Origin: a virus
Lineage: Duplodnaviria > Caudoviricetes
Length of the DNA: 44,751 nucleotides
Direction: 5' to 3' (one strand)
Virus record (IMG/VR): IMGVR_UViG_3300036783_000070
Span: 1-44,751 of that record
Of the stretch, positions 33,800 through 42,310 are shown one piece after another; within the stretch, counting starts at the first letter, position 1, and the number at the start of each line of letters is the position of its first letter. Under the pieces are notes generated by a model that had not been told where the DNA came from, ran no database searches, and was given only the letters and a program-made list of their open reading frames with translations. A program made the translations under genes and the position numbers.

Positions 33800-34031
33800 G
33801 GCGAATCTCCTTCTTGTGTACTTGACCGAGCGGTGCTCCGGCAAACGCTAGGATCACGAATCCGTAAGGCAGAAAGACTACTGTTGCCATTACTGCCAGA
33901 GCTATGAGGATAATGAGTAGCGTTCCTAGGGTTCCGAGAATCTCTAGGAATATTAGCCTGTCACCTTTCTCCCTAGGCGGCTTGGGTAGTTTGTACTCTT
34001 GGAGCTGGACGAAGTATGCCTCGAAGCTCAT
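33765..34031 (-). CDS. Membrane protein
   Basis: ATGA-coupled start at 34031; long hydrophobic segment. Confidence 0.55.
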   Translation of the reverse strand: MSFEAYFVQLQEYKLPKPPREKGDRLIFLEILGTLGTLLIILIALAVMATVVFLPYGFVILAFAGAPLGQVHKKEIRRGIASQASRRN

Positions 34032-34900
34032 GCTATCGCCAGCGACCCTAGGATGTTGTTGAGCGCCACAGTGGGGTTCTCTAGCACTCGTGGGCGGTTG
34101 AGGAGCACTCCCTCGATCGCTTGCTGGCCTCGTCCCATCCAACGCTCTCCTGCAGACTGTGCAATGGAGAGTAGCGGAATGGCGATCTCCTCAGGTCTGT
34201 TCTTGAGACCTTCGGGAATCTCTGGCTCCTCGGGAAGCTTGTCACGCACTTGCGCTGCCCACATCGCGATCCAGGGAACCAATGCCGCTGCTTGCTCGCG
34301 TGCAAGTCTCCCGAACCTCTGCGGCGGTTCAGTTGCTTTCGCCATGTGCACGATGAAGCCTCTGGACAACAACGCGTCGAGGTTGCCATCTGTGCCTGTT
34401 TGCACCTTGTCGAGAGCGGCAATCGCAACAGGTCCGAAGACGTTGGTGCGATTAGGCTTTCCGCCAATCCCGTTCAGAATGGATCCGTCGCGAGTGTAGC
34501 CCTGGTTAATGACTGCTCGCACGGAGCTCTTCCTGCCTCCTGAACCAAAGAGAATATCTCCTTCGTCCAGAAGCACAGTGGCGTGCTCCTTGTTAATCGT
34601 GAACACGAGGCCTGGCTGCGTAGGTTCGATGTCTAGCCCGAACGTATTCGGGCACAGCAGATTCAGCAACTTGAGTACCGTCGATTTGCCACTCCCTGGC
34701 TCGGAGCTCAGAAGGTACAGTCTAGGACTCGTCTCAAACACTAGCGTCTGATTCGCGTCCCGCATGTAAGTATGAGCGATCCACAGGGTGACGACATCGA
34801 GTGCCTCTGGCGTCATCTTGGCGTACGTGTTAACGTACTGCGCTACTGTGTCGAGTAGCAGGTCACCAGGTATTTCTGGATCTCTTCGTGCTGGTAGCAT
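34028..34900 (-). CDS. DUF3631-like P-loop ATPase
   Basis: LWIAHT, PRL...S.EPGSGKST, LLDEGD, INQGY. Confidence 0.8.
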   Translation of the reverse strand: MLPARRDPEIPGDLLLDTVAQYVNTYAKMTPEALDVVTLWIAHTYMRDANQTLVFETSPRLYLLSSEPGSGKSTVLKLLNLLCPNTFGLDIEPTQPGLVFTINKEHATVLLDEGDILFGSGGRKSSVRAVINQGYTRDGSILNGIGGKPNRTNVFGPVAIAALDKVQTGTDGNLDALLSRGFIVHMAKATEPPQRFGRLAREQAAALVPWIAMWAAQVRDKLPEEPEIPEGLKNRPEEIAIPLLSIAQSAGERWMGRGQQAIEGVLLNRPRVLENPTVALNNILGSLAIA

Positions 34901-34987
34901 CTTCCTCCGATCTCATCAGGCCCAGCGTAACTGGACGACGCCTCGCGGCGTTTCGATCTTTTGGCTAGAGATTTTTGCTTTTCTTTT

Positions 34988-35017
34988 ATTGTACATGGGC
35001 TTGCTATGGAATTGCAA
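34988..35017 (-). promoter_or_regulatory. Early promoter
   Basis: TTGCAA-N18-TACAAT on -. Confidence 0.75.
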
Positions 35018-35027
35018 GGGCTTTTAA

Positions 35028-35342
35028 CTAGGAATTTTTATCGCTACCTCCGTTCTTGACCTCGAGCGGTGTGTCGAGGTCAATGTCGTCTGGGAACTTC
35101 AAGAACCTGACAGCCCAGCCCTTACGACGACCGTTACGGACGCGATTGACTTCGACGTTGCCGCCCATTCTCGACGCCCTGTTACGGATTTGCTGCTGGA
35201 TTGAATCTGTCTCGTAGTCTTCACCTTCCCAGATGATAACTGACGTGCCATCCTGCAGCCATTTATCCCAAGGGTACTTTGGCTTACGCCCACGGCTAAC
35301 GTACTCGTAGTCACGAGGCTTGTTTGGATCGACGATCTCCAT
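35028..35342 (-). CDS. Small putative DNA-binding protein
   Basis: RGRKPKYPW..W motif; GAGGAGG RBS. Confidence 0.75.
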   Translation of the reverse strand: MEIVDPNKPRDYEYVSRGRKPKYPWDKWLQDGTSVIIWEGEDYETDSIQQQIRNRASRMGGNVEVNRVRNGRRKGWAVRFLKFPDDIDLDTPLEVKNGGSDKNS

Positions 35343-35361
35343 TTGTTTACCTCCTCATTCT

Positions 35362-35390
35362 ATTATATAGGGTTTTAGTGGACAAAGCAA
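35362..35390 (-). promoter_or_regulatory. Early promoter
   Basis: TTGCTT-N17-TATAAT on -. Confidence 0.85.
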
Positions 35391-35421
35391 GGGGTTTCAA
35401 AAGAAAGTTTTTGAAACCCCT
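35390..35421. terminator. Hairpin abutting the promoter -35
   Basis: AGGGGTTTCAAAA...TTTTGAAACCCCT 13 bp inverted repeat. Confidence 0.6.
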
Positions 35422-35786
35422 CCGTGAAGTTAGTGTAATAGTGCATTAGGGGCCGTGATTTTGCTGCGGCTACATAAACGGCCACGCTGCAATCAATAAA
35501 CAAACTACGGTTTCTAATCTACTTCTTATGCGCTTAGCTCTACGACTAAGAGCAGCTGTTGGATGTAAAAGCACAGTATAATCGCACGGCCGTACATGTA
35601 CCGGCAATTTTAGGTATTTGCTTTTAATATTACAAGAATAGTTATATTTAGATAACATCGTAAGACTTTAGAATTCTTTCCTGGAACTCGTGTCTTCAGT
35701 GTGTATCTACTTCATCATTTAGAGCATAAAGCTCAAAGGCTCACAATCACGGTGGCATTTCCATACTAAACGAAGCCACTTTATAC

Positions 35787-36122
35787 TTAGCGGGTGCGTT
35801 TACCATGGGAACGATTATCGGGTTCACATGAACCGCCGAGAGCAGTGGTATACTCTGTATCTGATGCAGCGAGGGGAGTTAGGTTGCGGTCTACACTGTA
35901 AGCCGCTTTAACGAAGCTGCGTTGCTGTGTCTCTGCTATACGCTGCCTAGGAGATACGAGCCGCTTCGTCGGACGTGCAGGACGTGGAGCATTCTCCGGA
36001 CGCTTCTTGATTTCGCTCTCCGCGTTCCTGAGGTACTCTTCCCAATCGGAAGGAATCATCGCGCATCTACTCCCTGTGGAGACCTGGCTCATCAGTACCG
36101 GGCGGTCATGTCCGGTAGACAC
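35787..36122 (-). CDS. Hypothetical basic protein (start probably near 36059-36062)
   Basis: GGGAG RBS upstream of MIPSDW; the 5' extension overlaps a hairpin. Confidence 0.5.
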   Translation of the reverse strand: MSTGHDRPVLMSQVSTGSRCAMIPSDWEEYLRNAESEIKKRPENAPRPARPTKRLVSPRQRIAETQQRSFVKAAYSVDRNLTPLAASDTEYTTALGGSCEPDNRSHGKRTR

Positions 36123-36141
36123 CCCTTTCGGGGTGTTTCGC

Positions 36142-36456
36142 CTAGCTCATGAACTGCTCGGCGAGCTTGTCGTAGTCCTGCTTGCCGGCGACTGCGTCTC
36201 CGCGCTCGATGCGGGCGACGAAGTCCTTGATGTACTCGGCGAGCGGCTCGGCCTCGAAGTAGACCTTCTCCTTGTCGGCGCGCGTGCTGTAGTTCGACGG
36301 GATCGTCCCGTTCTTCGCCGCGGAGTACATCTGCTGCGGCGGGATCTTCCGGTCGATGCCCTTGAGCTCGAGGATGCGGTTGATGACCTGGGCGGCGGCG
36401 TACGGCGTGAGCGGCGACATCGGGGTCTTGTTCGAGGTGTTGGTGTTCTCGACCAT
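36142..36456 (-). CDS. Early putative HTH protein, paralogue A
   Basis: LTPYAAAQV.NR...PQQMY..AKNGTI.SNY.TRA.KEKVYF; AGGAG RBS; followed by a GAAA-loop hairpin at ~36119-36136. Confidence 0.8.
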   Translation of the reverse strand: MVENTNTSNKTPMSPLTPYAAAQVINRILELKGIDRKIPPQQMYSAAKNGTIPSNYSTRADKEKVYFEAEPLAEYIKDFVARIERGDAVAGKQDYDKLAEQFMS

Positions 36457-36502
36457 TTTGGGCTCCTAGTTTTTGATGGTTGTTGGTTTTTGTTCTTACT
36501 TT

Positions 36503-36532
36503 ATTTTACACGGGCTACTAGGGGAATTGCAA
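36503..36532 (-). promoter_or_regulatory. Early promoter
   Basis: TTGCAA-N18-TAAAAT on -. Confidence 0.75.
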
Positions 36533-36575
36533 GGGCGTTTGAAAAGATTCTCTAGGCAATTCAAACGCCCTTGCA
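36528..36575. terminator. 16 bp inverted repeat overlapping the promoter -35
   Basis: TGCAAGGGCGTTTGAA / TTCAAACGCCCTTGCA. Confidence 0.65.
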
Positions 36576-36578
36576 TCC

Positions 36579-36779
36579 CTAGTTCGCCAGGGCGAGCTCT
36601 GCGGGGAAGAGCTCGTGGTAGACGTGGAGGATGTGGATCTCGAAGGCCATTAGGTCTTCGATCGACTTGTGCGGCTTGCCGTCATCGTGGGCGCGAATGA
36701 AGTCGCCGATGATGAAGTGTGTTTCCCCGCACTTCTGGCAGTCGACGTGGTAAACGTCGTTTTCGTCGAGGCCGTTCAT
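36579..36779 (-). CDS. Small Cys/His protein
   Basis: CQKCGETH; ATGA-coupled at 36779. Confidence 0.65.
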   Translation of the reverse strand: MNGLDENDVYHVDCQKCGETHFIIGDFIRAHDDGKPHKSIEDLMAFEIHILHVYHELFPAELALAN

Positions 36780-36940
36780 TGTACTGCCTCGCACGAGACG
36801 CCGACGTTCTCGACGCTGCAGTAGTGCGTGTCGGTGCCGATCGAGACGCCGTAGGTTCCGGCGAAGTGATCGACGTGGGTGAACGGTGCCGCGATTGCGA
36901 GGAAGGCAATCGCGAAGCCGATTCCGAGGCGCTTCTTCAA
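36776..36940 (-). CDS. 54-aa secreted or membrane peptide (not in ORF track)
   Basis: AAGGAGAGGAG RBS, TTG start; MKKRLGIGFAIAFLAIAAPF...YCSVENVGVSCEAVQ. Confidence 0.65.
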   Translation of the reverse strand: MKKRLGIGFAIAFLAIAAPFTHVDHFAGTYGVSIGTDTHYCSVENVGVSCEAVQ

Positions 36941-37020
36941 AGCAGACTCCTCTCCTTGAAACGCAGTCTCATTGTAGAGACTAGACAGCGGGGGGCTTTC
37001 GCCCCCCCGTCATCTAGCTC

Positions 37021-37278
37021 CTACATGAACTGCTTGGCCAGTTCGTCGAAGTCGACCCGACCTGCCTGCTGCGAAGCGGGCTTGTCGAGCCAGGCCTTGA
37101 AGGCGTCGCCGTCGAAGTATACCTTCTCCTTTTCCGCCCGCGTCTTGTAGTTCGAGGCGATGGTTCCGTTCTTGGCGTAGCCGTACATCATCTGCGGCGT
37201 AACCTTGCGATTCTGATCCTTCGCTGCGAAGACGCGGTTGGCGACCTGTGCGGCAGCGTAAGGGGTCAGGTTCTCCAT
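37021..37278 (-). CDS. Early putative HTH protein, paralogue B
   Basis: Closely similar to 36142..36456; AAGGAG RBS; followed by a GAAA-loop hairpin at ~36989-37009. Confidence 0.8.
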   Translation of the reverse strand: MENLTPYAAAQVANRVFAAKDQNRKVTPQMMYGYAKNGTIASNYKTRAEKEKVYFDGDAFKAWLDKPASQQAGRVDFDELAKQFM

Positions 37279-37359
37279 GATACTTCTCCTTTGTATAGAT
37301 ACCTAGCTTGTCTAAGTATCTAGTAAGATAGATACGAGCGTATCTATCAAACTAGATAT

Positions 37360-37581
37360 TTAGCTCTCGCACGAACACGAACCGTTCGTACTCTTCGCTT
37401 CGTAGCATTTCGAACATATGTTGCGTTTCGAGATATTGAATCCTCCTGAGAACTTACGATCGGCGTCGCGATCAGCTGCTGCGCGATCGAACTTCGCTTT
37501 CGGAGAGGAGAGATGCGCGAGATGCTGCGTCGCTCCGTAGCGCTGCGTTGTCTCATATTGAGAGCGCTGAGATTGAAGCAT
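37360..37581 (-). CDS. Early protein with C-terminal Cys4 motif
   Basis: ICSKCYEAKSTNGSCSC; first ORF after the AT-rich promoter region. Confidence 0.6.
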   Translation of the reverse strand: MLQSQRSQYETTQRYGATQHLAHLSSPKAKFDRAAADRDADRKFSGGFNISKRNICSKCYEAKSTNGSCSCES

Positions 37582-37709
37582 GAGAGTCTCTTTCTTTTAG
37601 AGAGTTTTGTAGAATGAAGAGAAGTAAGATATTTAGTTGAGAAGTAGCAAATAAATAAAAGAAATAAAGTTTTGATTTATTTGATTTATTTATTTTTTGT
37701 TATAACTAT

Positions 37710-37738
37710 ATTTTAGTTGATCATGTCAAAAATTTCAA
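37710..37738 (-). promoter_or_regulatory. Leftward early promoter in AT-rich divergence region
   Basis: TTGAAA-N17-TAAAAT, plus a nested TTGACA. Confidence 0.6.
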
Positions 37739-37804
37739 GACCCTAGGACTTACGCCAATCTAGCCTTAAAGTTTGTGTATAACTTGTGAACTCGTGAGGA
37801 ATCA

Positions 37805-37822
37805 TTGGAGACCATATATAAT
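37805..37822 (+). promoter_or_regulatory. Late promoter motif
   Basis: TTGGAGACCATATATAAT, matching TTGGAGCCCATATATAAT at 44571-44588. Confidence 0.7.
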
Positions 37823-37828
37823 AGAATC

Positions 37829-38104
37829 ATGGACGATAAGCAGTACGATCCCATGGCCGAGATCGAAAAGGAGATCTTCGGGGAAGAGACGCATGCGCAG
37901 AAGGCGAAGCGTATACTCACCACGAACACTCCGTTCGCTGCTGCGCAGATCGTGAACTTGGCCATGAATGGTAGTTCCGATCGCATTCGTCTCGAAGCGT
38001 CGAAGACGATCCTCGATCGCACGCTTGGTCCGGTCGGGAAGGACACGCAGGAGGACGTTCTCAACGACTTCCTCGAGGGTATCCAGAAGCTGTCGAAGGA
38101 ATAG
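37829..38104 (+). CDS. Putative terminase small subunit
   Basis: Upstream of TerL; A..I..LA.....D.IRL.AS..ILDR motif; ATG 37829 sits 6 nt after TATAAT. Confidence 0.65.
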   Translation: MDDKQYDPMAEIEKEIFGEETHAQKAKRILTTNTPFAAAQIVNLAMNGSSDRIRLEASKTILDRTLGPVGKDTQEDVLNDFLEGIQKLSKE

Positions 38105-38120
38105 CAGTCGAAAGCTGTTC

Positions 38121-38151
38121 TTGACAGCCAAGCGCTGGCAGTGTTTATTAT
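38121..38151 (+). promoter_or_regulatory. Possible promoter for terL
   Basis: TTGACA followed 19 nt later by TATTAT (suboptimal spacing). Confidence 0.35.
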
Positions 38152-38189
38152 ATACCGCCCTGTGGCGCTTTAGATGAGAGGAGGGGCCC

Positions 38190-39698
38190 GTGGTTGACGC
38201 ACTGACGCAGTCGTTCTGGAAGAAGGTTGGCTACGAGCCCCATGATCGTCAGCTGGAGTACCATGACAGTACGGCTCGCTTCAGGGTTCCATGTTGTGGG
38301 AGACGATTCGGCAAAAGTACCATGGCTGCCAGGGACGTCACTCCTAAGCATCTCTTGAAGCCGAATCAGATGGTATGGATCGTAGGGCCGACGTATGACC
38401 TGGCTGAGAAGGAGTTCCGAGTCATTTGGAACGATCTCATCGTAGGTCAGAAGCTTGGTAGGGACAAGCGTGTCAAGAGGGCGTACAACAAGAGATCTGG
38501 CGACATGTACATCCAGTTCCCCTGGGGAACAAGGGTTGAGTGCCGTTCTGCTGAGCATCCTGAGTATCTTGTTGGTGAGGCTTTGGATCATGTCATCATG
38601 TCCGAGGCTGCTAAGCACAAGAAGGAAACCTGGGAGCGCTACGTTCGGCCAGCTCTTGCTGACCGCAGAGGCGGAGCTGATTTCCCTACTACGCCAGAGG
38701 GTTTCAATTGGCTCCACGATCTCTGGCAGCTCGGTCGTCGTGACAAATTCCGAGGGATCTATCAGTCTTGGCGATTTCCGTCTTGGGAGAACGTCGCTGT
38801 CTATCCAGACGGGCGAACTGACGATGAGATCCTCCTTCTTGAGGATACAAGCGAGCCGGAGTGGTTTCAACAGGAGATAGGAGCCGACTTCGCTTCGTTT
38901 GTCGGTAAGATATTTCCGCGTTGGGATGAGACTCAGCATGTACTGTCTGAGGACTACAAGTTCATACCCGGTTGGCCTAACTACATAGCGTTTGACTGGG
39001 GCTTCACGAACCCGTTGGCAGCTGTTGAGTTTCAGGTCTCGCCTCAAGACGAGATTTTCGTCTGGCGTGTGCATTACAAGAAGTACAAGACCATACCAGA
39101 CCACATCGACATTATGATGCAACGTGACCAGCCAGTAGGCTACCACATCGACTTGATGTTCGGTGACCCTGCAGATCCTGAAGCCGCTACGATGGTGACG
39201 ACGGAACTACAGAAGCACGGTATGTATGTTCAATGCTGGGCTCCGCCGGAACTGAAAAGCCAGTACACATGGCGTGACGGTATTGACCTTATGTCTTCCT
39301 TCATGAAGCCAGTGGAAGTGCACAAGGACAAGTGGGGCGCACCCATTGAGCGGCCAAGGTACCTGGTATCGTGGGATTGCAAGGACCACATTCGGGAGCT
39401 GAACAACTACCGCTCCAAGGAGCCAGTTAAGGGGCAGAACGTCCCTGAGCTTGGTAACAAGGTCGAGGACCACACCATCGACGCAATGCGATATGCGTTG
39501 CTATGCCTGTTCAAAATGGGTGCTCGGAACAACAGGCTGACGGCGGCAATGACACAGAGCGCCCCTGTGGAGCTTTCACCTAAGGACCGGGCCGTCAGCC
39601 GTGCCGTTGAGCAGGATGGCTTCTCCCAGCTTATGGGCTCATCCAATGAGGGCGGGTTCTTCTCGCTAGGTTCGACTGACAATGAGGTGGTCTTCTAA
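38190..39698 (+). CDS. Terminase large subunit
   Basis: PHDRQ, GRRFGKS Walker A, GPTY, VIMSEAA Walker B variant, TTPEG, FDWGF, DPA, DHTIDAMRY. Confidence 0.95.
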   Translation: MVDALTQSFWKKVGYEPHDRQLEYHDSTARFRVPCCGRRFGKSTMAARDVTPKHLLKPNQMVWIVGPTYDLAEKEFRVIWNDLIVGQKLGRDKRVKRAYNKRSGDMYIQFPWGTRVECRSAEHPEYLVGEALDHVIMSEAAKHKKETWERYVRPALADRRGGADFPTTPEGFNWLHDLWQLGRRDKFRGIYQSWRFPSWENVAVYPDGRTDDEILLLEDTSEPEWFQQEIGADFASFVGKIFPRWDETQHVLSEDYKFIPGWPNYIAFDWGFTNPLAAVEFQVSPQDEIFVWRVHYKKYKTIPDHIDIMMQRDQPVGYHIDLMFGDPADPEAATMVTTELQKHGMYVQCWAPPELKSQYTWRDGIDLMSSFMKPVEVHKDKWGAPIERPRYLVSWDCKDHIRELNNYRSKEPVKGQNVPELGNKVEDHTIDAMRYALLCLFKMGARNNRLTAAMTQSAPVELSPKDRAVSRAVEQDGFSQLMGSSNEGGFFSLGSTDNEVVF

Positions 39699-41617
39699 TG
39701 GACCTGAATGGGCTGCCGCGAGTTGACTTGCAGGATCTGCTAGATGGCGGATACGAGCCTGTTCTCGTTGACAATGAGCCAGGTAACTCGTTCATTGTGA
39801 TGGCTCCTCCTGGTCACCACGTGATGACTGACGACAGTACGCCTTCCCAAGTCTTCGCAGGGAATGAAGAAGTTGCCGAGTATCAGATGGCTCAGCGCGA
39901 GCCGACTATGCGGCAGCGGACGGGTGTCCAGAAGCGTGGTCGCAAGCCTGCATCGACTCAGACGTCTCCAGGAACGATTGTTGGGACGACGCAGCAAGAC
40001 GGATTGCAGTTCGATCCTAAGCCCGACCAGAAGATAGGGTTCGGTTCCGAATCGGGAGAAGTTCGTCCTCATGCGCGAGTCGACTTGGCTCAAGGTCGTG
40101 GTGTTGGTACTGGCGCTGCTGTTGGCGGTATCGGTAATGAGCTTGGCAGTGCTACTCCTTCACCCTTCACCAGCTGGGTACGACGGGAATACAATAAGGA
40201 CCTGTATGGTATAAAGGGCCTGCGCATCTACGACAGGATGCGCAAGTCTGACGGCACGGTTCGCGGAACGATGCGCCTAGCGAAGACGCCTGTGCTGGCC
40301 GGACAGTGGACGATGAAGCCTGCTAGTCAGTCCAAGAAGGACCAGCAGATAGCGTCTTTCGTCTGGAAGAATCTGACGCAGTGGACCTCGACGTCGTGGC
40401 CTCAGACGCTGACCGAGTCGTTGCTAATGCTGGACTTCGGCTACTACATGTTCGAGAAGGTCTTCTGTCCTGGAGAGCAGGTGACGAATGATCCAGACGC
40501 TCGAGGTAAGATTGTTTGGCAGAAGCTCGCACCGCGTCATCCGATGGACGTCAAGGAGTGGTTTTTCGACTATGAGGGCGGCCCACTATCCGTCGACTTG
40601 TGGGCTCCCCCGGTTTTCGTTCCCGGTCTACAGGGTGGCGTATTTCAGGGCTTCCAGCAATGGGTCAACATCCCCATCAATAAGCTCCTGGTCTTTTCCT
40701 TCGACAAAGAAGCAGGAAACATTGAGGGTATTTCCTTGCTGCGTTCTGCCTACAAGCACTGGTACTACAAGGACAACCTCTACAAGATAGATGCGATCCA
40801 GAAGGAGCGCCATGGGATTGGCGTACCGGTCATCCAACTTCCTGTGGGCTATTCGCCGCAAGATCTGGCCAACGCAGACGCCTTGGGACGAAACCTGCGG
40901 ACCAATGATCGTGCGCACGTTGTCCTTCCACCAAACTGGTTGCTATCCTTTGCAGAGCTCAAGGGTCACCCCGTTGACTGTATCGCCTCGATCAACCATC
41001 ACGACGAGGAGATCGAAAAGCAGATCCTCGGCCAGTTCCTGACGACGGCACAGAAGACCGATGAGCAGGACCAGACGCTGTTCCTTAAGGCGACTAGGTT
41101 CACTGCGGACATCGTAACGGATACGTTCAACTCCTATGCCATACCACAACTCGTCGACATGAACTGGGCGGGTGTACGGTACCCTCAGCTGGTCGTGAAG
41201 AGGATTGGTGAGCAGGAGGATTGGCGTACCAACAGCTTCACGATTCGCAACTACGTCGGTGCAGGCGTTATCGTTCCCGACCAGCCACTCGAAGACATGC
41301 TTCGTGACGAGCTTGGCCTACCGCCATCTGATCCCGAGACGTCCAGGCTCATCCGTTCGACGGAGAACCGGAACGTTGCACAGCCTGCACCGTCTGAGCT
41401 TCCTGGTAACCCTGCAGACATCGAAGCGGCTCTCAAGTCGGGTCAGATTACGCAGGAGCAGTACCAGCAGATGCTTAACCAGCAACAGGCTGGCGCCGGT
41501 GGTACTCAGCAGCAGGGTGCGAAGCCTGGCGCTCCTAGGCAGACGCCTCCAGGCACAACTCCGCCCTCCACAGGACGCGGTGACGGTTCAGGTACTTCAG
41601 GAAGGCGAGGACAGTGA
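39698..41617 (+). CDS. Portal protein (DUF935/Mu gp29-like)
   Basis: Follows TerL; Y..M...D..V, GY..FEK, G.SLLR.AY..WY.K, ERHG.G.P, I.QLV..N motifs. Confidence 0.9.
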   Translation: MDLNGLPRVDLQDLLDGGYEPVLVDNEPGNSFIVMAPPGHHVMTDDSTPSQVFAGNEEVAEYQMAQREPTMRQRTGVQKRGRKPASTQTSPGTIVGTTQQDGLQFDPKPDQKIGFGSESGEVRPHARVDLAQGRGVGTGAAVGGIGNELGSATPSPFTSWVRREYNKDLYGIKGLRIYDRMRKSDGTVRGTMRLAKTPVLAGQWTMKPASQSKKDQQIASFVWKNLTQWTSTSWPQTLTESLLMLDFGYYMFEKVFCPGEQVTNDPDARGKIVWQKLAPRHPMDVKEWFFDYEGGPLSVDLWAPPVFVPGLQGGVFQGFQQWVNIPINKLLVFSFDKEAGNIEGISLLRSAYKHWYYKDNLYKIDAIQKERHGIGVPVIQLPVGYSPQDLANADALGRNLRTNDRAHVVLPPNWLLSFAELKGHPVDCIASINHHDEEIEKQILGQFLTTAQKTDEQDQTLFLKATRFTADIVTDTFNSYAIPQLVDMNWAGVRYPQLVVKRIGEQEDWRTNSFTIRNYVGAGVIVPDQPLEDMLRDELGLPPSDPETSRLIRSTENRNVAQPAPSELPGNPADIEAALKSGQITQEQYQQMLNQQQAGAGGTQQQGAKPGAPRQTPPGTTPPSTGRGDGSGTSGRRGQ

Positions 41618-41853
41618 CAGGAAGAACTCTGCAGTGGGCACACTGCTGCAGGACGGCAGATGACCATCCCAGGCACCATCACTACGATGACAATGGTGTG
41701 CTGATGTCGAAGCACATCGACTGTTGCGCCAAGGATGGCTGCCCCGATGGCTCGTGCCCAGTAGCTCTTGAGGAGTCGAACAACGCCCAAGGCCAAGAGC
41801 TCATTCACCACCTTGAGCGTCGAGCACTAGAGGCGGAGGCTAACAATGCCTAG
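41614..41853 (+). CDS. Small Cys/His-rich protein
   Basis: GTGA overlap; HCC, HHH, CC...C...C. Confidence 0.65.
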   Translation: MTGRTLQWAHCCRTADDHPRHHHYDDNGVLMSKHIDCCAKDGCPDGSCPVALEESNNAQGQELIHHLERRALEAEANNA

Positions 41854-42307
41854 TGGGATGGACGCAACGCGTTCGCAAGCAATCCTCGCAGCTTCAGTAG
41901 GCAAGTCGGCATTCCCGACCTTCACCGACTCGACGCACGCCTACCTGAAGCTGTGTACAGGTACGGCTGCAGGCAGCCCTTCTGCAAACACGGGAACTGA
42001 GATCACGCCTGGCGGAAGCTACACTAGCCCGGGCGTTCCTTTCAGTCCGACAGCCATTTGGGGCTCTGCCAGCTACTCAGGCGGGGGCAGCGACGCTGCT
42101 GGGACGGCTTCGATTACGAGTTCCGGCGGAGTCATCAGCCAGACGAACATGCCTGCGGCTACTGTGAACCAGGTCGAGGAGTGGGACAACACTTCGGGGA
42201 CGAAGCTTCGCTGGTGGTGGGGCGATATGTCGGCAGCTGTTACCACGAACCTGGGTGACACCCTCTCGTTTGCCGCAGGGAACATTACGGCATCTCTGAA
42301 CGTGTAG
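41846..42307 (+). CDS. Virion structural protein (fibre-associated)
   Basis: YL.L.T.....GTE...GSY...WD......W.G......GDTLSF.AG.I motif of small phage fibre-associated proteins. Confidence 0.7.
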   Translation: MPSGMDATRSQAILAASVGKSAFPTFTDSTHAYLKLCTGTAAGSPSANTGTEITPGGSYTSPGVPFSPTAIWGSASYSGGGSDAAGTASITSSGGVISQTNMPAATVNQVEEWDNTSGTKLRWWWGDMSAAVTTNLGDTLSFAAGNITASLNV

Positions 42308-42310
42308 CTT

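Noticed and set aside
35470-35658. 62-aa ORF in the AT-rich tract
   Set aside because: No RBS and AT-rich codons unlike other genes; probably non-coding.
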